Source: Heptranchias perlo (Eukaryota). Taken from it: a DNA stretch of 64,000 nt. Below the pieces are notes generated by a model that saw only the letters and a program-made list of their open reading frames with translations, was not told the DNA's origin and ran no database searches. Shown in pieces: positions 34,745 through 47,232 of the stretch. The DNA lies in assembly GCF_035084215.1 (NCBI RefSeq), contig NW_027138407.1:1426001-1490000 (forward strand). The letters are read 5' to 3'. Within the stretch, counting starts at the first letter, position 1. Each line of letters opens with the position of its first letter. A program made the translations under genes and the position numbers.

Positions 34745-35785
34745 AGATGGTAGTGGTTGTTGGAGGCCAATCATCTCAGCCCCAGGACATTGCTGCAGGA
34801 GTTCCTCAGGGCAGTGTCCGAGGCCCAACCATCTTCAGCTGCTTCATCAATGAACTTCCCTCCACCATCAGGTCAGAAATGGGGATGTTCGCTGATGATT
34901 GCACAGTGTTCAGTTCCATTCGCAACCCCTCCAACAATGAAGCAGTCCGAGCCTGCATACAGCAAGACCTGGACAACATCCAGGCTTGGGCTGATAAGTG
35001 GCAATTAACTTTCGCGCCAGACAAGTGCCAGGCAATGACCATCTCCAACAAGAGAGAGTCCAACCACCTCCGCTTGACATTCAACGGCATTACCATCACC
35101 GAATCCCCCACCATCAACATCCTGGGTGTCACCGTTGCGCAGAAACTGAACTGGACCAGCCATATAAATGCTGTGGCTACAAGAGCAGGTCAGAGGCTGG
35201 GTATTCTGCAGCGAGTGACTCACCTCCTGTCTCCCCAAATCCATTCCACCTTTTGCAAGGCACAAGTCAGGAGTGTGATGGAATACACTCCACTTGCCTG
35301 GATGAGTGCAGCTCCAACAACACTCAAGAAGCTCGACACCATCCAGGACAAAGCAGCCCGCTTGATTGGCACCCCATCCACCACCCTAAACATTCACTCC
35401 CTTCACCAACGGCGTACTGTGGCTGCAGAGTGTACCATCCACAGGATGCACTGCAGCAACTCGCCAAGGCTTCTTCGACACCACCTCCCAAACCCGCCAC
35501 CTCTACCACTTAGACGGAGAAGAGCAGCAGGCACATAGGAACAACACCACCTGCACGTTCCCCTCCAAGTCACACACCATCCCGACTTAGAAATATATCG
35601 CCGTTCCTTCATCGTCGCTGGGTCAAAATCCTGGAACTCCCGACCAAACAGCACAGTGGGAGAACCTTCACCACACGGACTGCAGCAGTTCAAGAAGGCG
35701 GCTCACCACCACCTTCTCAAGGGCAATTAGGGATGGGCAATAAATGCCGGCCTCGCTAGCGACATGAACGAATAAAAAAAAACAA
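34745..35785 (+). mobile_element. Non-LTR retrotransposon, 5'-truncated (RT C-terminal half and 3' tail)
   Basis: GVPQGSV..GP..F..FIN and MFADD motifs (ORF 34747-35538); A-rich end. Confidence 0.9.
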
Positions 35786-36487
35786 ATTCAGGCATTTCTG
35801 CCTGCTGTGAGCACAGATCTGCAGATCTCTGGGCTACATAACACGATTAATCTGTACAATCGAAAGTCCTGAATCTGGTGCCTTTCCGTCCTGTCACATC
35901 TTTGAAAAACTGTCTCATCTCAAAGATCGGCCGCGCGGGGGCGGGTGCTGCACACAAAAAACCCAGGGGTTGAAATAGTGATTGACTGAAATCAACACTT
36001 TGCTTTTGCAAGTTCAACCCCAGTGGTGCCGCAGAGAGCTTTGAAGAGGGATGTGTACTCATCATGTCCATAATGGCCTTAAGGCTGTAACTATTAATGG
36101 GGCTCATTGACTGTGGAGGGAACCCTATGATACCAGGGGTTGAGACAAATTTGGATATTTTTAAAATTTTCACCTTATTGGCAGAGAGAGAGGGAGACAG
36201 AGAGATAGAAAAGGAGAGAGTTAGAGGGAGAGGGAAAGAGAAACAGAGAGACAGATTTGATTGCCTGAATTCGATCCTGGATTACAACGGTAGAGAAATG
36301 TAACATTTCCCAACACTGACAGCACTGACATTAACTGGAGAAAACTGCTCAGCTCAGTCTGTATTTTCCCATTCATTTTCTTAACAAATTCTCTCCAGAA
36401 TTCAATCCCTGGTATTTTCTGCAGTTGCATTCCTTTCGAACATTGATCTCTGTCCTGTTTTTGACTGAGGGACCCTCATTCACTCTG

Positions 36488-36712
36488 GGTCTCAGGCCAC
36501 AGTAATACACCGCGCTGCCTGTGATCTTCAAGCCTTTCATGGACGAGTAAAAAGTGCCTTGTGTCCGGTTGAGATTCACGCTGAAGTGTTCAAAGCCCGG
36601 AGCCGTCTCGTTATTCCCATAACTATCGGCTCTGAACAGATACTGAGGGGCTCGGTGAGGATACTGGCGGTACCAGAACAGGTAATAGATTGTAGCTGAA
36701 CCCGATACAGAG
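36488..36712 (-). pseudogene. 5'-truncated TCR V pseudogene (same family as 37036-37345 and 62988-63297)
   Basis: YYLFWYRQYPHRAPQYLFRADSYG..AVYYCGLRP; heptamer CAGAGTG with shortened spacer; FR1 replaced by a LINE fragment. Confidence 0.82.
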
Positions 36713-37035
36713 TGTGTTTGTGTTTATTTGTGTGTCTTGTACGAGGACACTAAGTCTTTCTGAACACCAACGGTAAATAGTTTCTCACCATTTAAAAAAT
36801 ATCCTGTTTTTCTATTCTTCCTGCCAAAGTGAATAGGCTCACATTTCCCCACATAATACTCCATCTGCCACCTGCTTGCCTGACTCTGGTTATTGTCCTG
36901 ATCACAGGTCGGTGATATTGGAAACTTCCTAAAATATTCTCCAATCTTCAACAAATTTCCCATCTCCGTCTCCGGGTGATTATTTTCTTTCTGTTAATCC
37001 ATCCAACCAGCTGTGTGTCCGCTGTTTATTTTCAG

Positions 37036-37345
37036 AGACGAGTAACGGAGACACGGTGTCCCAGTCAGAATAAGGAGTCGGATCAGAAGAGGATGCAGAT
37101 CCAGCAATAACCTGCAGTTACCCTGTATCGGGTTCAGCATCAAACTATTACCTGTTCTGTTACCGCCAATATCCTCACCGAGGCCCTCAGTATATGCTCA
37201 GAGCCGATAGTTATGGGAATAACGAGACGGCTCCGTGCTTTGAACACGTCACCAGGAATCTCAAGAGGAAACAGGGCAATTTTCATTTCTCCATGAAACG
37301 CTTGAAGATCACAGAGAGCGCCGTGTATTAATGTGGCCTGAGACC
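37036..37345 (+). pseudogene. TCR V pseudogene (stop codon and frameshifts)
   Basis: TTTTCAG acceptor, GDTVSQSE* stop, YY* lesion, RSS CACAGAG-23-ACAAATGAA. Confidence 0.85.
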
Positions 37346-38024
37346 CACAGAGAATAAGGATCTTTCGGGTCTCGTACAAATGAAGGGCACAGGTCGGCAT
37401 CAAGGATTGGCTCCTGGAAAACATCAGGATGGTATACCAGAGACTGTATAGAAATTGAATGGGAAAGTACAGCCCGATCGAGCGGTTTACTCCACCTAAA
37501 TTCAGTGCTGTCAGTGTTCGAAAATGTAACATTTTCCAATATTGTAGCGAATTGTCATGTCCCTCCTGGCCTCAAGACTGCCACTGTTATTGGAGAGAGA
37601 GAGACGGTGGTAATGAGAGAGGTGGAAAGAGCGAAAATTACAGAGAAAGGGTGACAGAGGCAGAGGACATGATGCAGTGAGAGGGAATGAGATAGAGACA
37701 TAGGCAGAGTAAAATAGGTAGAGAGATGGAGAGAAAGATAGAGACAGACAGAGAGACGGAAAAAGAGCAAGACACAGACTGAGGGACCCAGGAACAGGGA
37801 GGTTCGGAGAGAGCCATCAGCAATTGGTCCACAGCTAACTGTGATTGGTGAACAGCTGCCGTCAGTCCTGAGATACGAGCCAATCCTGTCCCTGGGACAC
37901 GTCCCTCAGTTTCCCAGAATGTGGAGCCTGCCCCTGATCTGAGTTCACTCTTTAATATCAGACGAGAAGGATCAACATATTGAAAACATCCCGCTATTGT
38001 CTGTCGAACTCTAAACCAAACACC

Positions 38025-38070
38025 ATGTGCTCCCCACGTTGCTTACTGATAATAATAGTCGTGCTGCCCG
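38025..38070 (+). other. Orphan V leader exon (MCSPRCLLIIIVVLP) with intact GTGAGT donor
   Basis: Inverted paralog of the leader and promoter at 41112-41370; intron homology breaks at ~38135 and no cognate V exon follows. Confidence 0.65.
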
Positions 38071-38507
38071 GTGAGTCTATGTTTAAATGGTCAGTGTGTG
38101 TTCCATGCGTTATATTTACTCCTATACGTTGGACGCGTTCGTGATTACGCTCTTTAAAATAAGCCCCAAGGGCAGAGTTCCTCCAATGCCCATTGCCCAT
38201 CAGGATGTCTGTTTCATGCTGGAATGTTTTCTGTCACCATTAACAATCGCTGTCACCATTTACATGCCCACTCCCGGTCTCCAAAAGGCGGAAATATTCC
38301 CCCTGTCAGGACACTGACTGTCGCCCAACTCGGAGTATTTCCATTCATTGGCAGCCAGCTCGCCACCTGCCGGTCTCACAGCACCATTGGGGACACAAGG
38401 AAGTGAGGTGAGAGCATCCTGAGACACGACAGCAGATTATTTAGTGCGGGGATTAGAACGGGTGTCTTCAAATATCGAAAGCCCCTTTTACAGAGCGGAC
38501 AGCGACA

Positions 38508-38553
38508 ATGCGGCGACTCAGCATCTGGGTTGTGTGGGGAGCATTTCTGACAG
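38508..38553 (+). CDS. Leader exon of the V at 38663-38969 (MRRLSIWVVWGAFLT)
   Basis: ATG and phase-1 GTAATT donor. Confidence 0.85.
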
Positions 38554-38662
38554 GTAATTATGGACCAAACACATCTCATCTTTTTTCTAATTTCCAACTG
38601 AGTTTTAATTTAAATTTAAACACCCGTCGGTCTGATCTTTTCCTGTTGAACATCTTTTTCAG

Positions 38663-38969
38663 ATCTGAGTCATGGAGATTCTGTCACTCAGCCGCTACCC
38701 TCAGCAGTTAAGACGGAAGGAGGAGCGGTGACTTTATACTGTACCTATGATACTACACAGAGCGTCTACTATTTCTACTGGTACCGGCAATACCCAGGGA
38801 CAGAACCCGAGTATATATTGAGGAAGGATTCTGATGGTGATGAGTATAAATCAGATTTGGCAACAGCTCGTTTCTCAGCAGGGCTCCAGACCTCGACCAA
38901 ATTGACCACTTTAACCATCTCGGGACTGCAGCTGAGCGACACTGCATTTTATTACTGTGCCCTGAGACT
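38663..38969 (+). CDS. TCR V alpha/delta, apparently functional V exon
   Basis: GDSVTQP..VTLYCTYDTTQSVYYFYWYRQYPG..LQLSDTAFYYCALRL; RSS CACAGTG-23-ACAGAAACT (38970-39008). Confidence 0.93.
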
Positions 38970-39721
38970 CACAGTGATGGAATTCAATTAAACCCTCGGA
39001 CAGAAACTCTCCCCGCTTTGTAGATCAGAGTTTCTGCCTGCTGAAGCCGGATATAACGCTCAGTTTGTGCTGCTCGCGGTTTTCCGCCAACCTGGGAACT
39101 TGTCCAAAAGTCACTCAGTTGTAGTGGGTTCAGTCCGTGCAGTTTCCGCCGTGGTTTTCCTGTCACTTACTGGGAACTGACTCTCTGCGAATCTCTACAT
39201 TCAGACTATTGATTGTTGCTCTCTCGTGTTCTCTGGGCTCTCTTCTCTGAGTTTGCGCAACCAGTTTGGGGACCAGGAGTCTCATGGGATCACGATTCAG
39301 CGGAGACGTCATTGGTCTGAAGGTTTTTGACTCCTCTCTGTCTCTTTAAATCGTTAGTAAATGCGCCCCCTCCGTTCATTTCATTACCTGTCGGCTCGGG
39401 CGACAGGCCTGAGACGGAGAATGAGAACTGGTTTTATATTTGTTTCATTAAGGTTGAAAGTTAAGGTCCTCATTTAATGAACAGGGATTGGAAGCACCGT
39501 CTCATCGGTCTTACTATCAGGATATTAACAGCATGGTCATTATTATTAATAATAAAGAGTAATATTCCTGTCCTGCATTGTTGTTCATTTGCCTGTTTTT
39601 GCACCGACACTTTCGTGTGTTAAGTACTGACAGTCCCTGTTTCTCCCAACACTGCCCGCTATCTCGTCGACCTTGTCACATTCCGGTAGTGTTCTTGTAT
39701 GAGCCTTCCTCTGGCTCCTGT

Positions 39722-40030
39722 CTCTCAGCCCGCAGTGATACACTGCGCCGTCAGCCAGCCTCAGGCCGCGGACCGTGAAATTCCCCTCGCTTTTCGATGT
39801 GTCGAAAGATGCGGAAAGTCGAGTCCCCGGGCCCTCTGCTCTGAAAACATCCCCGGAGGAACAGCTGTGGATCAGCACTTCTTGGGAAACCGAGGGGCGT
39901 TTCCCAGGGCTGTGATTGGCTTGTTTCTCAGAATTGGGGTTTTGCTGCCATCTAGCGGAATAGATCAGAATTTCTCCCCCAGAAATTTGCTTTGAGCCCA
40001 AGACTCAGTGAACTCTTGTTTCTGAGTTAC
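39722..40030 (-). pseudogene. Chimeric/disrupted TCR V pseudogene
   Basis: FR3 RLSASFDTSKSEGNFTVRGLRLADGAVYHCGLR; FR1-FR2 replaced by other sequence; RSS damaged. Confidence 0.75.
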
Positions 40031-40718
40031 TGCAGAGTAATATTTTAAACCAATCATCATTTGTCCATTTGCCGTTCAGTATATCTGAAGCAGCAGTGCA
40101 ACGGAAAGTTGATAAAGCTGTTAAAAAATACACGCGATCTTTGTCTTTATAAATAGAGGCATAGAGTACAAAAGCAAGGACGTTATGCTAAACCTTAAAA
40201 AACACTGGTTAGGCTGCAGCTGGAGTATTATGTTCAATTCTGGGCACGGCCTTGGAGCGTGTGCAGAGGAGATTTACTAGAAAGATACCAGGGGTGAGTG
40301 TGGAGAGACTGGAGAAGCTGGGAATTTTCTCCTTGGAGTTGAGGCTGTTAAGGGGAGATTTATGAGAGTTTTCAAAATTACATGGGGTTTTGTTAATAAC
40401 GATGCTATAACTAACTATAACAAACCGGTTACTGAGCAGTGAAACAAACCGCGTTATACACGAGCAGACTCGGCAGCCGGAATTGAAACGGGCTGGGTTT
40501 TGTCTGCATGGAATAGACACTTTCAAACAAAGGAACAAGGAATAATTGGGAGAGAAATCGAGGATATGGAGACTGTCTGTTTATTTCTCTGCTTGTCTAT
40601 CTATTTAATTATATATACATCTATGTATTAATCCATCTGTTCACATTTCTAGTTTGGTGTCTGTTCTATTTTCAGATCACAATCCAGATCGCAGATCGGA
40701 TTCAGTGAGAGGAGGTGA

Positions 40719-41157
40719 GGGCTCCATGTTGCAGAGATACACGGCAGAGTCAGAGACAAGAGCCCCGGTGATATTTAAAGGAACCATTTTCTTGCGTTCG
40801 TCCAAATCAGCAGAGTACCGGCCTGGGAAATCTGGCGACTTGTATCTCAGCCCCGAGCTGTATCTCTTCAACAAATATCTCTGAGCTGTTTCGGGATACT
40901 GGATGTACCAGAAGAGTTGAGGAAAAGGATGGGTTGTAGAGTGACTGCAGTCCAGTATTATGGTCTGTCCTATCTCAACCTTTAATTCAGACGGATCCTG
41001 GGACACTGAGTCTTTGCCACTCGTTCCTGTAACAAAGTACAGCATGTGTCGAAAGTCTGGCAGTAAATATAACCCATGAAACACACACTGATCATTTATA
41101 CAAAGACTCAGCGGGCAGCAGGAACATTATTATCAGTAACCAACATGGGGAGCACAT
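40719..41157 (-). pseudogene. TCR V gene with open V exon (40719-41026) but deleted RSS and a GT-to-CT mutation in the leader (41112-41157) donor
   Basis: KDSVSQDP..LDCSHS..LFWYIQYP..VSDSAVYLC; comparison with the paralog at 63780-64000 shows the RSS is missing. Confidence 0.85.
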
Positions 41158-41419
41158 GGTGTGTGGTTAAGAGTTTGACAGAAAATAGCAGAATGTTTTC
41201 AATATGTTGACCTTTCCAGTCTGATGTTGAAGAGTGAACTCAGATCCGGGGCAGGCTCCACGCACTGGAAAACTGAGGGGCGTTTCCCAGGGACAGGATT
41301 GGCTGGTCTCTCAGAACGGACACTGGCTGTGCACCAATCACTGTTAGCCGTGGACCAATTGCTGTGTGTGGTTGAGACAGTTACTGTTTCAATCCCCAAC
41401 TCTTTCCTGCCCATCGGTG

Positions 41420-42010
41420 TCAGTGTGTGTGTTTCTCTCTCTCTCTCTGTTTCTATCTCTCTCTGCCTCTATCTGTGTCTCCCTATCTCTCTCTGGTTCC
41501 ATCACTATCTGTTTAACTCGAAGTTTCACTCACTCTGTGTATGTGTGTGCCGGTGTGTGTCACTGTCTCTCAGTCTCCCTCTCTGTCTCTCTGTTTCTAT
41601 CGCTCTCTGTCTCTGTTTCTATCTGTCTCTCCCTATCTCTCTCTGTTTCCATCTCTATCTGTTTAACTCGAAGTTTCACTCACTCTGTGTATGTGTATGC
41701 CGGTGTGTGTCACTGTCTCTCAGTCTCCCTCTCTGCCTCTCTGTTTCTATCTCTCTCTGTCTCTGTCTCTATCTGTCTCTCCCTATCTCTCTCTGTTTCC
41801 ATCTCTATCTGTTTAACTCGAAGTCTCTCTCACTCTGTATGTGTGTGTGTGCCTGTGTGTGTCACTGTCTCACCGGTCTCTCTCTCTCTATGTTTCTCTG
41901 TTTCGATCTCTCTCTGTTTAAATCGGAGTCTGCCTCATTCTGTTTCTATCTCTATGTGTCTCTCTGTTTAACTCAGTAACTATCTCCCTCCCTCCCTTAC
42001 TCTCTCTCTC
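41420..42010. repeat. CT/GT-rich tract with a 150-bp tandem unit (about 3 copies)
   Basis: AAGT(T/C)TC(A/T)CTCACTCTGT at 41521, 41671 and 41821. Confidence 0.85.
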
Positions 42011-44001
42011 TATTAAGGTGTAAAGTGAACAAACTCTAACTCAGTCTTAATCCCCGGTATCACTGAGTTCTCTCCACACTCAATGAGCGCCAATAATAGT
42101 GACAGTCTTAAGCCCACGAAGAACATCTTAATTGGACACCACTCTGCACCGGGTGAGGGAGCTTTTGAAAAATGTGCGCTGATGGATCTGCCACAGATCC
42201 CGGACTTATCCTTGTACAGGTTGATCCTTTCATAAACCCCAGAGATCTACAGATCTGTGCTAATAGGGGACTGGAAATGTTTGAATTTGACACTGGATTA
42301 ACATGATACAGAGATGTCACTCAAACATGGCCGTCTGTACGTCACACAAACATGGCCGTCTGTATGTCACACTAACGTGGCCGCCGGGAGGTCAGGGGCC
42401 GCCTCGGGCCTCCGCTTCGCGCGAAAGAACCCAGTTTTTTCAGCCTGTGACCGCTGACCCAGGGCCGTCATCATGGGGCTCAGCACGGGGCCTCTTATAG
42501 GGACCCAGCCTATCCTGTTTCTCTTAGTTTTAATACTTAAAGGGGGAAGTGTCGGTGGGAATTTGAATAAGGATGGGAACAAAAGGAAATTTAACTCTTT
42601 TAATATTAGTTTATTCAGCAAGGTTGATAAACAGTCAGTGTTTATGTAGGCTAATAACTAAAGATAATTTCCGACAGGTAACATTATAAAGTAGGACCTG
42701 TTCTTTTAAAGTAATTTTGAAGGAGAACTGTGCACGTGAGTGAGGCTCCCCACGGTGGATCAACCCGGTCCCTGTCTACTCTTTGGGAGAGCGATCAAAC
42801 AGAGGGAGATAGATAAGGCTGAGGCTGAGTACAGTGAGTGAAACAGAGAGAAACCAACAGAGGGAGATTGACAAAGGTGGAAGTGAGTGATACAGAGAGA
42901 AAGCAATAGTGGGAGATAGAGAAAGGTGAAATTAAGTGCAGTGAGTGATATAGAGAGAGATAAACCAACAGTTAATTTTAACGCCGATTGTTCCAGCAGA
43001 GCAGGTCCGGGGCAGATACAAACTCTTCTTAAACTTGTAGTTACATATAGTCAGTGGGAGGATGTGTTCACTGTGTTGATTTCAGTGTGGGGGCGTTTTA
43101 CAGCCTGCGAACATTGTTCAGTTATTGACTCAAGAAAAACGATGAAAGAAGCAGAGTTGGAAATATATTGGAAATTTTGTTGCGTTGTAATTTCATTATT
43201 AATTATTAAAGTGATCGAATTGCAAATGGAAAATCTGAAGTTTAGGGAACTTGAAATAGATCATACAGACACAAAGAAGGTCAGTATTCATCAGAAATAA
43301 CGTAAACAGAATTTTTAATGCAAACCACAGAAGGGGAAGGTGCACGAAGCGTTTGTTCAAATTACAGTGACAGTTTATTCTCGATATATATTTGTGTATA
43401 TCTGCATATATATTAAAAATGGCACTGGACTGTCTCATATTGTAACCTGACTCTCAGTTGCTGTACTGAGGGAGCTCTGCATGGTCCTCCGGATGAGAGG
43501 TTTAATCGAGGTCCCGTCAGCCGGTTCAGGGAGATGTTAAAGAATCCCCCGGCACTATTGGAATAAGAGCGGGGCATTCTCCCGGTGTCCTGGGCCAACA
43601 TTTCACCCTCAACAAACATCACCCAATAAAAACACATGAACGGACCACCCAGCTCATCACTGCAGGGCAAAGGAGGCGGCAGCCTCTGCTGACAGAACAA
43701 CTCCTCCCTCCTGCACATCAGACTAATGTGGGAGGGGCTTTCAGATCAGGCTCAGAGACCAGATGAAGCGCCATAAAACTGCAGGTCCGTCTTTAAACCT
43801 GTCGCTTATTCACACAGCACGCAGCCTGATCTCCGGGAACCGTGCAGACCATTAATGATCTCCGGGACACTGCCCTGTGGAAATGAACTCGATCTCCTAA
43901 AGTATTTAAGTACAGCTCTGAGGTGCAGCCTCCCAGGGCAGTCCAGGGCTGCAGTTTCCAGCTCCCCGTCATATAAACCATCAGCTCCGGGCAGCAGAAC
44001 G

Positions 44002-44044
44002 ATGGGAATCCTCCTTGTTTTCATCCTGTGTGTCTGTTTACCCC
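44002..44044 (+). CDS. NAR-TCR V2 leader exon (MGILLVFILCVCLP)
   Basis: TATA upstream; GTGAGT donor at 44045. Confidence 0.92.
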
Positions 44045-44189
44045 GTGAGTACCGTTCAACCAAACGGACTTTGTGTGAATTTAATACAAAGCAGCCCGAG
44101 TCCATCCGAATTGCAGACGCTGATACGGTTTTAGCCCCGTTGTGTGGTTCGGCTTTAATGGCTCATTAAACTCTCTGTTTAATTTCCAG

Positions 44190-44482
44190 GCTCTTTCGGT
44201 CAGTCAGTGAAACAGGACCCGAGAGCGGTGACCAAGAAGGAGTGTCAGTCTCTCACCATCACCTGCGTTTTCAAAGGGCATTCTTTCTATAACTATTATT
44301 TTGAGCGTGGTGAATTCTTCCGACAAAGCCGGTCCGGGACAGAGCGGGAGCGGATCTCCAGCGGAGGACGATTTGTTGCGTCAACGAATCAGGCTAAAAA
44401 TATGTTTTCTCTGGAAATTCGGGATGCGAGAGTTGAAGATAGCGCCACCTATTACTGTAAAGCCCACTACAAGTACGACGAC
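44190..44482 (+). CDS. NAR-TCR V2 (IgNAR-like V exon)
   Basis: QSVKQDP..KECQSLTITC..FFRQ..GGRFVASTN..DSATYYCKAHYKYDD; RSS CACAGTG-22-ACAAAAACT (44483-44520). Confidence 0.93.
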
Positions 44483-44862
44483 CACAGTGATGGGTCTCGA
44501 ATACCCATGTTACAAAAACTCTCACTGCAGATTGTCACGGAAACAAATGAAAAAACGAAGTTTATCTGCGATTAAACCCAACAGATCCGCCTCGCACCTT
44601 CTGCCCCACAATCTAGTTAATAATAAGCTTGGATTATTGCAGTTAACATCTTGTGTTTTATACATAAGGAGAGTGTGCGGATTCCTGGGATTGGTGTCAA
44701 TGAATGGCGAATGGGAACGACTGATCCCATTTACAAGCCCCTAACACCAGATGGGATCCTGTTCTAACAGCTGGAACCGAGATCCGCAATCCCCGCCGTT
44801 TAACCAATGACCCCGCAGATCACCAAGCACTGGGGGATTTTATGCTGACTTGAAGTACTGTG

Positions 44863-44876
44863 TTTATGGGGACAAT
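44863..44876 (+). CDS. NAR-TCR D2 (TTTATGGGGACAAT) flanked by two 12-RSS
   Basis: GGATTTTAT-12-TACTGTG and CACAGTG-12-GCAAATACC. Confidence 0.88.
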
Positions 44877-45263
44877 CACAGTGGAAGAAACCTCAGCAAA
44901 TACCTCTGTACAATTAAAATATCAATTCTCCCGATCCGGAACCTGAATTGCAGGCTTGATGTTATTATCGCTGTAATCTGGATTAATTTTATTGCAAGTT
45001 CCTTCTTTCAGTGATCTTTGACATTTTTCTCCGTTTATGTTAAGCGCCCATCTCCGGCCGGTGTACCGGGGCCATTTTACAAAGAGCTGAGAGTCTCACA
45101 AAGAACAGTTTGAACCGACTGGGACTATGAAACATGGAGTGTTGTTCATTGATGTAAAATGCCTGGAATAATTGGGCGGCGGGGACTGTCTGGTGATGTG
45201 TGACCAATAGATTGAGGTGTCGGTGGTTCTTGTACCAGGGTGACTGAAAGCGGTGTCACTGTG

Positions 45264-45326
45264 GTGAATATAGATGGAAATATTATGATGTGGATGGACC
45301 CGGGACCGTGGTGACCGTCACAGCCG
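45264..45326 (+). CDS. NAR-TCR J2 (EYRWKYYDVDGPGTVVTVTA)
   Basis: GGTTCTTGT-23-CACTGTG (45225-45263); GTAAGT donor. Confidence 0.92.
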
Positions 45327-46921
45327 GTAAGTGACTCCAAACCCCGCCGTGTTACAGACTGTCCCGGTTAATATACACCGTCAGCTTATCATTGCGATTA
45401 TTATTACCTCAAAGTAAAATATAGCGGCTTTCGAAGGGGTCATTTCCATTGCATTTTTAAATTCAGGATCAGAATATGATCCGTGACTCGGGACTGGGTG
45501 TGATTCCGTAGAGAGGAGGAAGGAAACACCCCCCCTCCCCCCCCCCGACCCCACCTCTCCACGGAACAGGCAGTCGAGGGTTTGACCTCATCACGACCAT
45601 CATTGGATTGATCGGGATCCAGGGGATCCCATGACCATCCCGGACTCTTTCTCAGTCTGATCCCTTGTTGTTGTAAATGAGCGCAGATTGTCGACACTCC
45701 GGCCTCCGCTTGCGGTGTTAACTGTGACTGAGGGAGCTCTGCCTGTCCCTGTGAGCACGGCGGAGGTTTCAGAGCTCTCTGCTGGGCAGGAGCTGGCAGT
45801 CCGAGCCGGTAAGTGTGAATGAGGTACCGTTCGAGTAAACCCAAAACTACAGCGGCCCATTCGATAACAGCAGCGGCAGAAAAACTGGAGCATAACACGT
45901 CCGGGCTTCAGATACAAGAGATCCGCTGTAGGTCTGGAGGGCATTTCATGATTGGACACCCAGTGACTGAAATTAATTGCATTTTAGCAATCCACACGTA
46001 TCTGGAAAGATTGAACAGGCCGGGGCTCTTTTCTCTAAAATAGAGAAGAGTGCGAGGAGACCTAATAAGAGGTCTTTAAAATTATGAAGGTGTTCGATAA
46101 GGTGGATGTGGGGAAACGATTTCCACTTGAGGGTGAATCCAGAACAAGGGGTCATAAATATAAGACAGTCACTAACAGTAAAAGTAAAGAATTTTTGAGG
46201 AATTTACTTAGAGAGTGGTGAGAATGTGGAACGTGCTGCCACATGGAGTGGTTGAAGCAGATAACATTGACACATTTAAGGGGAGGATTGAGACATACAT
46301 GAGGGAGAAAGGAATAGAGAGATACGGGGTGGGGGGGTCAGGGTGGAAAATGGTAATTAGAGTTGGCGGGGGGTCGTTTGGAATCTAAACGCCGGCATAA
46401 ACCAGTAGGGCCGAATGGCGTGTTTCTATTCTGCAGGTTCAGTATATTGTAAAACTCAGAGAAAACTCCGTCCGGAGAGGTTCAACCAATGGTCTGAAGG
46501 AATTGACATTATTAGAGACTAGGAAGAGAGAGTTCCCAGAGAGTAACAGTAAAACGACTGCGGAAACTGCACAGACTGATCCCACGGATCAATGAGAGAC
46601 TCTGGGACAAGTTCTCAGGGTGGCGGGAAACCTCAAACAGCAGAGAGCGCGCGATCCTGGTGTAGAAATAAAATGAAAGTTACTATAGAATCTGCTCCCA
46701 CCGCCCTCTCAGGCAGTGCATTCCAGATCATAACAACTCGCTGCGTAAAAAAACATTCTCCTCTTCTCCCCTCTGCTAATTTTTCCAATGAAAGTAAATA
46801 AAGTTCGAACGGGCTTCAAATGAAGAACAACATTATCGCTAGAGGCAGATCTATTCATGTGATTGACAAGTGTCTAAACTGCAGCTAAAGAAATACTAAT
46901 CTCCCAATTTTTATCCTGCAG

Positions 46922-47232
46922 ATTCCAGTTTATCTGTGTCCCAGAGATTGCCTCGACAAACCTCTACTGCCGGTGACACCGTTACTATAAGTTGCGAATA
47001 TTCAGGGCTCTGTCCGTACACAGTACACTGGTACAGTCAGTGCCCAGGGCAGGCTCCGAAATACCTCCTACAGAGACACACTTCAGGAGCAGGGAATAAT
47101 AAAAACGCTGCCGGGGGCAGAATTTCTGCTTCTATCGATCCTGTCAAGAAAATCAGCCGGTTAATTATCTCCAAATTACAACTGAGTGACTCCGCTGTGT
47201 ATCACTGTGCACTGAGTCCGCGCACCGATACA
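46922..47232 (+). CDS. NAR-TCR supporting TCR-delta V2 (leaderless, CDR1 Cys)
   Basis: TISCEYSGLCPYTVHWYSQCPGQAP..DSAVYHCALSP; RSS CACAGTA-24-ACAATAACC (47233-47272). Confidence 0.9.

Noticed and set aside
41224-41979. 251-aa and 201-aa Cys/Leu/Ser-rich ORFs
   Set aside because: Translations of a CT/GT tandem repeat
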